Under the pieces are notes generated by a model. It saw only the letters and a list, made by a program, of their open reading frames with translations. It was not told where the DNA came from and ran no database searches. A program made the position numbers and the translations under genes. Source: the human T2T-CHM13v2.0 reference genome, Homo sapiens. From it: DNA of 64,000 nt. Where the stretch lies: NCBI RefSeq assembly GCF_009914755.1, contig NC_060934.1. One strand, given 5' to 3'. Below, in pieces: positions 16,260 to 28,286 of the stretch; the stretch's first letter is position 1, and each line of letters begins with the position of its first letter.

Positions 16260-16470
16260 TTAACCTTTTAAAAAATGTTCTTTAATGGCATATAATATTT
16301 GTAAAAATTTTGGTGGTACATTGTGATTTTTTATACATATGATGTAGAGCGATCAGGTCATGGTAATTAGCATATCCACATCTCAAACATCTATCATTTC
16401 TTTGTGTGAATGTGGGAACATTCAATATCTTCCTTGTAGCTACTTGAAACTATATATTATATTATTGTTC
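16260..16470 (-). mobile_element. L1MA-like 3' end fragment
   Basis: GGTAATTAGCATATCCACATCTCAAACATCTATCATTTCTTTGTG. Confidence 0.7.
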
Positions 16471-18329
16471 AAGTGAGTCCCATTACTTCCAATGAAAGAG
16501 TTTAAAGCTAAGATAATTAGTATTTGTACGCCTTTGTTTTCAGGTGGGGCAGCCAGTAACAGCTACGTGCCCAAGCAATGTTGCAAGATCTCAAGTTAAG
16601 ATTATTCTCTGTTCAAAATGCATGCCTGTGACTCAGCAGTTTTCTTCTCAAGAGTTCCTGCAAAGTCTTAGTAAATCTCAGCAAACTGCTGCCCTCTCTG
16701 TGTTCCCCATTAAATTAGGTTGGCCACTTCTGCAGCCTTACTCTGCCTTGCTTAGGGCACACACAGGTGAGTAAGTCATCGAACACATGAGGATTTAATG
16801 ATGAAGACTGACCAAGTCTCTGTCCACTCAGAGCTTCTAGCTCTTGGACGACACAGTTAATTAAAGACACAATTCTGTTTAAGTGTTGTTTAGCCTTGGG
16901 GGAAGAAAGGATGTCAGAGAGGCACATGGCAGAGGGTGGCTAACTCAGTCAGGGGAGGTCAGAGGGGTAGGAAAGGAAGCGATTTGTCAAGAGGGAACAC
17001 AATCCTGAAACATTCAAAGTCATCAGTTACATAGAACTTACGGTCTGCCAGACATTGTTCTAAGCATTTTACATACATAAGCTCATTTTATCCTCACATG
17101 GTAGTGTGGTAAATACTATTACTAGCCCTATTTTTGTAGATGATTCAAGTTCAGCACAGAGAGATGAGTATGTCAAAGAACACACAACTGGCAGAGGCAG
17201 AGCCAAGATTCAAACCCAGGCAGTTTGAATAATGAATGTTTATTTATTCAATTAAACAGCTACAAAATGGAAAAAGCATAACAATGCTTGTTCTCCATCC
17301 ACCACCCATGTAGGTCATTTTTCTTCTGTTTTTGGTAAATCATACAGCCCAAAATGTCACCATATGGGTCATTTTTATTTCTAAAATGTAAATATCTTTG
17401 ACTTCAAAATGTATGTCTAGTGTGACCCAACTGTATCTGCACAGTCAATGTCAAGATTTCCAAAAAGAGCATTTTGAGGTAGTTCTGCCATGTTATCATA
17501 TCCAGATAATAATGAATAGCAATCACATTATTATCAGCAGTGACCTCTACACATCGGGGAGGAGGAAAAATAAACAGGATCATTTCAAGGTTGCACCAGC
17601 TGCCAGCTGAAATTACCCCATTAAAGACAACTCCAGAGGAGCAGTTGCTGGGTGACAAGAGATGCTTGTTTACATCAAGTGCTCCTTTTAAGGAAAATCC
17701 TTCCACGCACATTTCTATTTCCTTATTTTTAAAATTGATTTTGTAGCTTCAACAGAATATGATTGCTTAGTTAATTCATTTAACAAAATGTACTATAGCA
17801 GTTACTTGTGAAGGTATTGAGAGATTAATTCTAGTATGAAAGCTTATCCCTAGACATCCCAGTGCTTGAAAAAAAAAAAGAAAGGAGAAGCTTAATTATT
17901 AGTTTGGGTGGTATTTGGCTACATTATATTATGTACTAAAAAGAAGTGGCTGTTTAATGAGTCGAAGATTTCCATTTGAGGTGATGAAATATCTCTGGAA
18001 CTAGATAGTGGTAATGGTTGCATAACACTGTGAATATACTTAATGACACTGAATTGTACACCTTGGTTAAATTGCTAAATTTTATATATATTATACCACA
18101 GACTTAAAAAATGAATATATGTGCACACACGTGCATGTAAACACACACACACACACACAAGCACTCATAATTCTCCAGGGTGACCACAGAAGCATGAGTT
18201 GATATGGAGCATCCATCAGCCTGACTGATTATAGCATGACTCAGAATTAAAGTTTTATTGTGTTAAGTTACTTGTCACAGCAGCATAAACTAGCCCATCT
18301 TGACTGATGTAAGTTATTATATTGCACTT

Positions 18330-19550
18330 GGTTCACCTAACCTTTTTTCGATCCTCCTTTGCACAAGGCACTGGGAAAACAAAGATGAAAAGCTTCAAGA
18401 AGTTGAAACTAGCAAGAGAGATACATATGTTAACCAAAAGATGCGCTTAAGCATGATGGTGCCATAATAGAGGTAGATTATGAGTTACAATGAAAGTACA
18501 AAGGCTGGAATGGCCTAGAAACTCAGAGGAGTGTACTCAAGAGGGAAAAGGTTGAACTAAATTTTAAAAAGGTGTGTAGAAGTTTGTCAAGTAGAGAAAG
18601 GGAGAAGTTCTCCCCAGATTGATGAAAGAGCTTGCCCTCTGTGCAATGATACAGACATGAAACAGCCTGGCACGTCACAGGAAATGCCAGTCATCAGACA
18701 ATAGAGTGTGAGGCGATGAAGATGGACTAGTGCTAGAGATGGACTAGAGAAGTTGGCAGGAGTCTGGAGTTTGGACCAAATCTTGTAGCCAGTCCTTTCT
18801 AACCATTCCATTCATACTATACATGGAAAATGAAAACACATCGGGCACACTGGGCTGCAACACACCTGTCCAGCCACGGCCAACCTTGGCACATCTTAAT
18901 CCACTGCAGCAAATTAGGGCACACCTTACGGTAATTACTACTATGGGTAATGGAGAGTCATTGAAGATATCTAAGCAAGAAAACAATAGGATCAGATTTG
19001 CATTCTAAATCATGGTTTGGAAGCTAGATCAGTATGAAAAACTAGATTAAAGTCAGAAAGATCCATGAGGAGGCAGTGGCAACAATCCAGAGATGGCAGA
19101 AGCCTAAATCAGAATAGTGGCTGTGAAATTAAAAGAGTGGAAAGATTGAAGAGATAGTTTTAAGGTAGAATTAACAAGCCTTATGACTGACTGGATGTGG
19201 AGGGTGAAGGAAGATACAGAGTTTAAAATGGCCCCCAGCTTGAGTGACTAGTAGTGGCCCCACTGGGATAGAAAATAGAGGAAGGGGAGGACTGTGTAGA
19301 CAGCAGTCAGTTCTGTTATGGTCTTGTTGAACTGATGTGCCAGTGAAGCTACCTGATAGATGGTTAAATGCCAGGGAAATTACATATGGGCTCAGAGAGA
19401 AGACTGGAGTAGAGTTAAAGATACGGGGGTCATGGACAGATACAAGTGTTAGAGCCAAGAGAACAGATGAGCTTGTTGAGAGAAGACATAATTAAGAAAT
19501 GAAAGGGGCTGAGGGTATTTAAGGGGAACACAGAGGAGGGAAAGCCTGTG
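18330..19550. mobile_element. L2 LINE fragments
   Basis: Purine-rich degenerate L2 motifs (GGATCAGATTTGCATT, GACTGACTGGATGTGGAGGGTGAAGG, GGGCTCAGAGAGAAGACTGG). Confidence 0.6.
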
Positions 19551-20628
19551 GGAAATAACATTGGCATTTCTTTGATGCATAATGGGATCTTCCCAACTGA
19601 CTGAACACTGAGACTGTTTGAAAAGAGTGACTCTGTAATCTTTCTAAATCTGTCTAAATGATCTTTAAAATCATCTCTGGGAATTCCAGAAGATTAGTCA
19701 ACTAATACAGGCTGATGCCTTTTGTGAAACTGAATATTTTTAAAATTACATCATTTAAAGTACTTTTAATGAAGCCATAGTTATGGTTTTCTCTAACATT
19801 TTTCTACAGTATATTATGATTATCTACTTACATGTCTACACCTTCTCACTAGACTATTAAATCCTCAAGGGCCCCCAGCCCTAGTGTCTAGCATTGTACT
19901 TGGCACATAGTATACAGTTGATAAATATTTGTGAATTAACATAAATTTGAGTTTTAGAGTTCAATATATACAGAGTGTGATACAACAGTTTTTGGAACTC
20001 AGGTCCAACAGTCTTTCCAAAGTTTTGCAATGGAAATTTGTTAAATGGCCAAGAGACACTATAGTTTTAACTTGGCAATGTCCCTTATAATGGTCAACAT
20101 CGATAAAGATGCATGATATATTCATACACTCTAATATCATATAGATAAAAGAATGAATCAACTAAAGCTACACACAGTAATATGGATGAATCTCACAATC
20201 AGTGAAAGAAGCTGCACAAAAAAGAATGCATATTGTACAATTCCCATCATATAAAGCTTAAAAATAAGCAAATTTAATACCTAGTTTTAGAAGTCTGGTT
20301 AGTAGTTACCTTTGGAGGGGGTGCACTAATGGGAAGGGTCAAAAGAGGGACTTTTGGGGAACTGGTCGTAAGTTCTATTTCTTGATCTGGGTGCTGTTTA
20401 CATGGGCATGTTCACTTTATGAACACTTATTGAGCCATACACAGGATTTGTGCACTTTTCTGTATGATTGCTATACTAGTGTAAAAATTTACTTTACAAA
20501 AATAATGAAACATAATCCTACAAGAGAAAGTTTTAACATAAAAGAATAAGCTCTATGTGTAAAGTAGGAGTATAGCATTAAGCAAGTAGTTGAAACGACA
20601 CTAATCTACCGATAAAAAAGGAGAGTGA

Positions 20629-20943
20629 GGCCAGGCGCAGTGGCTCATGCCTGTAATCCTAGTACTTCGGGAGGCCAAGGTGAGTGGATCACTTGAGGCC
20701 AGGAGTTCAAGAACAACTCAGCTTGGCCAACATGGTGAAACCCCATCTCTCCCCCCAAAATACAAAAAATTAGCAGGGCATGGTGGTGTGCACCTGTAGT
20801 CCCGGGTACTTGGGAGGCTGAGGTCAGAGAATCACTTGAACCCAGGATGGGAGGCAGATTGCTGTGAGCCGAGATCATGCCACTGCACTCCAGCCTGGGC
20901 AACAGACTGAGACCCCGCCTCAAAAAAAAAAAAAAAAAAAAAA
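20629..20943 (+). mobile_element. AluS-like element
   Basis: Dimeric Alu with A22 tail. Confidence 0.9.
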
Positions 20944-21181
20944 GAGAGAGAAAGAAAGGAGAGGGAGAGGAATAAGTAAACAAAGACTCGAGGGTATCTT
21001 CATACATATTTCTGGAGTGCTTTATAGCGAAAAGGCTCCAGAAATATGTATGAAGATCCTCTTGAGTCTTTGTCTCTACATACTAAGCTGTACTCAGTAT
21101 AGGGTAAGCAAAATTCCCTAGTCTAGGCAATAAATAAATAAATAACCTACTGAGAAAAGAACAACTTCCAGGGAGCTATGA

Positions 21182-21543
<362 letters not shown>

Positions 21544-22181
21544 CAATTCCAGGTCTTATAAATAAAAATATTTAGCTTTAAGGTAAAAGCCACTGTAGAC
21601 CTATCCTAGAAGAGGTTAAATTCAAGCTTTAATAGGGTCAAACTGATCCACAAATAAATTAACTACAGGCCAGGATAAAGCTCAACACTCATTAAAGGAA
21701 GAGAATAAAATCTAAATTCTATCTAGCAACCAATTTTAAAAAAACTTCACTAGTTGTGAAAAGAAGTAGGAAAATATGACCTTTAACAAGGAGAAAAATT
21801 AGTGAATCTAGAGACCCAAAAATGGAGGAGAAGCTAGAACTAGCAGGTGAGGACTTTAAAATTGTTGTTATAAATATATTCAATGATCTAAAGGAAAACA
21901 TGGACACAATAAAGAGAGAAATGGAAACAAATCAAAAAAAGAGATCCAAATGGAAGTTCTAGAGTTAAAGAATATAATACCTGAAATGAACACAGGAAAT
22001 AGAAACTATCTAAACTGAAGCATGGAGAGAAAAGAGGATTTAAAAAATGAATAGTGTCTCAGTGATCTGTGAAACAAAATTAGCAGTCTGACTTTTGTAT
22101 GATTGTAAAATTAGAAGGGAGATTAGGAGGATGGAAGGAGGCAGCAAAGAAAATGCTTCAGGAAATGACTACTAATTTTCT

Positions 22182-25071
22182 TTTTTTAAAATCCCCCCAT
22201 AACTGTTTATTAGAATGTGAATGTGTTCCAAATTAATAACTAAAAAATCAAGTTACAGAGCATGCAAAAATACAAACTAGCAATTCACCAACAGATAATA
22301 GTATCTTCATAATCCATACACTAAAATAATAAAATGGCTACAGAAGAAAACCCAGGTGACTGACTACAGCAATGCCTTCCATGTTCACCACACATCATGA
22401 GCAAAGCAAAAGACAAAAGATGAATTATGAAACACAGTAATCTAAGCAAGCCCACATATATATATTTTTGGGGATATCCCACTATCCTGAATAGCAGTAT
22501 CATTACAGCTGACACAACTTCCAGAAAACTGCTGAGTAAGTGCTTAATATTATCCACAAGAAAGCAAAACTAAATATTAGTATGCACATTTCTGAATGAG
22601 AAACTAATTGTCTCATTGATTTTAATAATGTAGTGGAAGAAAATTATATCCAGTCTCTGCAATGCCTAAGTGCATTCTATTTAAACTCAAGGTGCTATTT
22701 CATTTCATATACTAAAAGAATGCATGCCTTTAAGTGGTACCATTTGAGCAGAAATTCCTCATTGTATTCTTTAGACACACTGAAACCAAAGATTTAACTG
22801 AACTGTATTCCATAATATACTGCAAAACTCAAATATCAGCATTGTCAAAATAATTATCCATGCCTGCTGGTAGATATGGTCATAAAACTGGTTTCATTTC
22901 ACTTACTGGAAGGTTTTAAGACAAAATTAACACTTCAAAATTTGATACTACCAGTATTAAACCAGTTATTGCCTGAGTAATAAAACGCCACGTTATCTAC
23001 GGCTGGAAAATGAGATTGCTTAAATGGTTTGGGCTGCCTGATCATTGCAACAGAGGCACCTCAGATGGGATTCTACCAGTCTCACCAGTTCCCAGCCTGA
23101 TGGGAAACATTATTTAACATATGGCCCCATAAACATACTACTAACAAAACCGTAACAAATCTTTTGTGTTTGTTTAGATAATTCTTCTCCAGAAAAAAAA
23201 CATGTCTCCCTCTCTAATCAACTCTGATGCTTACAAAAATTAAAAAACGAAATTTACTAAACTACATAAACCTATTAAGGCATTTTAGAAATTGACTTCC
23301 AGAATAATGGAACATTTTTCAGCTCTCAAAATCCTGCTATGTTTATAGGGCCACCTTACATTTGTGGAAATATACACTGCACTGAGAGAAGAGTATATAA
23401 CCTATAAGCTGCTCTGTGGCAAAATGATAGCTTATTTCTAAGGTCTTAGTTTGATTTGATCAAGACCAATAGGTCTGAGCTTCTAGTGATCAAGTTCTAT
23501 TATGTCCTACAGTGATGGGCTTCCAGAATGAAAAGTAAACAATAATTGAGGAATCCAAACATTCCACCTATTAAACTAAGTCTAGTGAAGCCATAGCATG
23601 AAAAAGGTTGCAATCATTTGGGATAAGTGGATAATTTTATAAAACTAAAATCAAAACACTGAAGATATGGAAAAATTCATAAGTATGAAGTAATAAGAAA
23701 AAAAATGACACAAGAATTACAAAAATATTTGCCAGGCAAGGTACCAGAGCCCCAGCATCTAGAAGTGGTTGACTCACAGGCTGGTAAGAATTTACTGACA
23801 ACAGTATAGGTTTGAAAAAGGAAAGTACTATTAGAAAGAAAGAACGTTGCCAGAGAGCGCATCAGGGCACCTCAATGAGAGGGCGGAGTGCACCGTGGTG
23901 GATTTTTCCTTAGGAGTAGTTATGAACTTTAAGGCAGGAGCTTGAGGGTAATTGGGACCATACTAGCCACATAGGTCATAATAAATGATTACATTTGTAG
24001 TACTTTTGGTGCCTTAATGTCAGCAAGGATTGCACAATGAGTTTTGACATGGCATTCTGGAGACGTATAGAACGTCTATACATCTTTACAAACTTTAAGT
24101 TGAAAAGAGGCCTGGAACCAGATGCCAACTTTGGATACTAGGGAAGTTTAATTACTTCTAAATTCTTCAGATAAGGAGTTTTGCCTGTTTTGTGGTCAAC
24201 AGGTGGTCTTTGCTCCCTTCTAAATTCCTCACATAAGGAGTATTTGTCTCCAGGGCCTGTTACTGGGTGGTTTTTGTTCTCCTCAGTATTTAAATATTGG
24301 ACTTGAGAAATGGGTTATACATTGCCTTCCAGGGCAGAAGAGAAACGCCTTAGATGTTCTGACAGCACTGCACCTTTGGTTTGTTTTCAGTGATTGGTGG
24401 AACATGAACAGGAACCACATTATTGCTTGGGGACATGTCTTTTTCGGCTCTGTCTGACATTTGCTTCTGAGAAACAATGTGAGGTATCTCTGTTAGAATT
24501 GTCTGAAAAGTAGCTTCTACATTTGTAGAGTCTAGAGCAGATGTCTCAATGAATGACAAATCATTTTTTTCTGCCAAAGCTCTTGCCTTCAACTCTAGGA
24601 ACTTCCCTGAGATGATGTAAATCACTCTTATTTGTCCATGATAACATGACAACAACATTACTATCAGTGTGATCGCTCAGTTCTTTCAGCAATCATTCTA
24701 TATTTTCATATGTGAGATGTTTAGCAATGTCTTAAACCAATAAGGCACCTATATCTTCATGATAATAAGCTTATGTTATAGCTTCGTATTATTCTTGCCC
24801 TGCTCTGTCCCACATCTGTGCCTTTATTGTTTTCCTATCAATCTGGATGCTTCTTGTTGCAAACTACTCCAGTGGTGCTCTTGCTTTCCAGATTAAACTC
24901 ATTTTGAGTAAATCAAGACAGGAGATTATTCTTTCCAACACCAGAATCTCCAATAAGGATAACATTAAAGAGGTAGTCATTCTCATTGTTGCAGGTGCCC
25001 ATTGCACAACTGAGGAGTGAAGGGGTGGGAGCGGTAGTAGCATCTGTGAGACTAGGGAGGCATTGCTGCTC
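22182..25071 (-). pseudogene. RAB11AP1: RAB11A processed pseudogene: 5' UTR remnant, disabled CDS 25002-24350, long 3' UTR, poly(A) remnant (symbol recalled, not verified)
   Basis: Minus strand from ATG 25002 reads [29 protein letters not shown] and ends ...[14 protein letters not shown]...PKVQCCQNI* at 24350, matching RAB11A. It is intronless, with TGA at codon 30 (24915-24913), a 2-nt deletion near 24864 and further TAA stops. AATAAA (minus) at 22211-22206, then an A-tract; TSD CTAATTTTCT at 22172-22181 and 25072-25081. Confidence 0.93.
23730..24285 (-). mobile_element. ERV1 solo LTR (MER84-like) inserted in the retrocopy 3' UTR
   Basis: TG...CA termini; flanks ATATT (23725-23729) and GTATT (24286-24290); RAB11A-like UTR resumes on both sides; internal repeat ACTCCTTAT-TGAGGAATTTAGAAG as recalled for MER84. 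Confidence 0.75.
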
Positions 25072-27207
25072 CTAATTTTCTACATTTGATGAAAAGTACC
25101 AATCCGAAGATGCAAGAATCTCAATGATCCTCAGGCAGAATAAAAACAGAGAAAACTATAAATTATATCAACACATATTGATGACAACTAATGATAAAAA
25201 GTTGCCACACAGTGACCAAAGACTTAGATTACAACACTCAACTCCCTTTGAATACTTGGAAAGCTTTCTCAGGAAGGAAGTGTATAAATAACCCTAGATT
25301 GTAAGGATTAGAAAAAAATAAATGATTATTTAATGCCTAGCCATTGAGAAACATTCACAAGCATTAGTACCATCCAGGAAAACATGATCTCACCAAACAA
25401 ACTAAATAAGGCAGCAGTGACAAATTTCAGAGTGACAGAGATAGGTAACCTTTCTGACAGAGAATTCAAAATAGCTGTTTTGAGGAAGCTCAATGAAATC
25501 CAAGATAAAACAAAGAAGAAATCCAGAATCCTATCAGATAAATTTAACGAAGAGATTGAAATAATTAAAAAGCAGAAATAATTATCAGGCAGAAATTCTG
25601 GAGCTAGTCAATGCAATTGATAAACTGAAGAATGCATCAGAATCTCTCAACAGCAAAACTGATCAAGCAGAAGAAAGAATTAGTGAGCTTGAAGACAGGC
25701 TATTTGAAAATACAGAGTCAGTGAAGTCAAAAGAAAAAAGAATAAAAAAAATGAAGCATGCTTACATGGTCTAGAAAACAGCCTCAAAAGGGAAAATCTA
25801 AATTATTGGCCTTAAAGAGGTGGTAGAGAGAGAGAATAGGGTAGTTTATTCAAAGAGATAATAACGAAGAACTTTCCAAACCTAGAGAAAGATGTCAATA
25901 TTCAAGTACAAGAAGGTTATACAACACCAAGCAAATTTAACCCAAATAAGACTACCTCAAGTCATTTAATAATCAAACTCCCAAAGGTCAAGGATAAAGA
26001 AAAGATCCTAAAAGCACCAAGACAAAAGAAATAAGTAACATATAAGGCAGCTCCAGTATGTCTGGCAGCAGATTTTTCAGTGGAAACCTTACAGGCCAGA
26101 AGAGTAGTATGATATATTTAAAGTGCTGAAAAAAACCCTTTTATCCTGGAATATTATATCCAGTGAAAATATCTTTCAAACATGAAGGAGAAATAAAGAC
26201 TTTATCAGACTAACAAAAATTGAGTGATTTTTTTTTTAAACACCAGACCTGTCCTATAAGAAATGCTAACGGGAATTCAATCTGAAAGAAAGGGACATTA
26301 ATGAGCAATAAGAAATCATCTGAAGGTACAAAACTTACCGGTAAGTAACAACAAGTACACAAACAAATAAAGAATACTGTAACAGTGTAATTGTGGTGTG
26401 CAAACTACTTCTATCTTGAGTAGGAAGACTAAAAAGATGCACCTATCAAGAATAATAACTGCAACAAATTTTTAAGACAGAGAGTATAATAAGATATAAA
26501 CAGAAACAACAAAAACTTGAGAGGAGATGAAGTTAAAGTATTGAATTTGTATTAGTTTTCTCCTTGCTTGTTTGTTAGCTTCTTTGTTCAATTTTGCAAT
26601 CAGAGTTGTCATTCGCTTAAAATAATGGGTTACAAGACGTTATTTGCAAGCCTCATGGTAACCTCAAATCAAATACCTACAACAGTTACACACACAAAAA
26701 AAAGAAAAAATCAAAACATACCACCAGAAAAAAATCACTTCCAAAAAAAAGGAAGACAGGAAGGAAAGAAGGAAGAGAAGACCACAAAACAACCAGAAAA
26801 CAAATAACAAAATGGTAGGAGTAAGTCTTTACTTATCATTAATAACATTGAACGTAAATGGACTAAACTCTCCAAACCAAAGACATAGACTGGCTACATG
26901 GATTAAAAACACAAAACAAAACAAGACCCAGTGATCTGTTGCCTACAAAAAACACACTTTACCTACAAAGACACACATGGACTGAAAATGAAGGGATGGA
27001 AAAAGATATTCCATGCAAATGAAAATCAAAACAAGAGCAGGAGTAGCTATACCTATATCAGATAAAATACATTTCAAGACAAAAACTATAAATACAAACA
27101 AAGATGGTCATTATATAATGGAAAAAGGATCGATTCAACAACAGGATATAACGATTATAAATATAAATACACTCAACGCTGGAGCACCCAGATATGTAAA
27201 GCCAATA

Positions 27208-27530
27208 TTTATTTATTTAATTAATTTATTTATTGAGACAGGGTCTTACTCTGTTGCCCAGGCTGGAGTGCAGTGGTGTGACCATGGCTCACTGTAATGG
27301 CTCACTGTAGCCTTGACCTCCCAGGCTCAGCTGATCTTTCCACCTCAGCCTCCTGGGTAGCTGGGACTACAAGCACAAGCCACTATGCCCAGCTAATTTT
27401 TTGTAATTTGTTGTAGAGACACAGTTTTACCATGTTTCCCAGGCTGGTCTCAAACTCTGGACTCAAGTGGCCCACCTGCCTTGGCCTCCAAAAGTGCTAG
27501 CATTACAGGCGTGAGCTACCACATCCAGCC
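27208..27530 (-). mobile_element. AluJ-like element, no TSD, inside L1 ORF2
   Basis: Antisense Alu with (TTTA)n tail; internal 13-bp duplication ATGGCTCACTGTA. Confidence 0.85.
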
Positions 27531-27863
27531 TAAAGTCTTAAAACATTAAAAAAAAAAAAACCGAAATCATATAAAATATATTCTCCGACCACAATGGACT
27601 AACACTAGAAATCAATAACAAGAAGAACGTGGAAACTATACAAACACACGGAAATTAAACAATATGCTCCTGAATGACCAGTGGGCCAATGAAGAAATTA
27701 AGAAGAAAAGTGAAAAATTCCTGGAAACAAATGGATGTTAACTGTCGCCACTGTTATTTAACATAGGACTGAAAGTCCTAGCTAGAGCAATCAGACAAGA
27801 GAAAGAAATAAAGGGCATGAAAATTGAAAAGGAAGAAGTCAAATTATCTTTGTTTGCAAATGA

Positions 27864-28286
<423 letters not shown>

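Noticed and set aside
24350-24658. 102-aa minus-strand ORF ending PKVQCCQNI as a functional Rab gene
   Set aside because: It is the C-terminal remnant of the RAB11A retrocopy; the upstream part has stops and frameshifts, and the ORF lacks the P-loop and switch regions.
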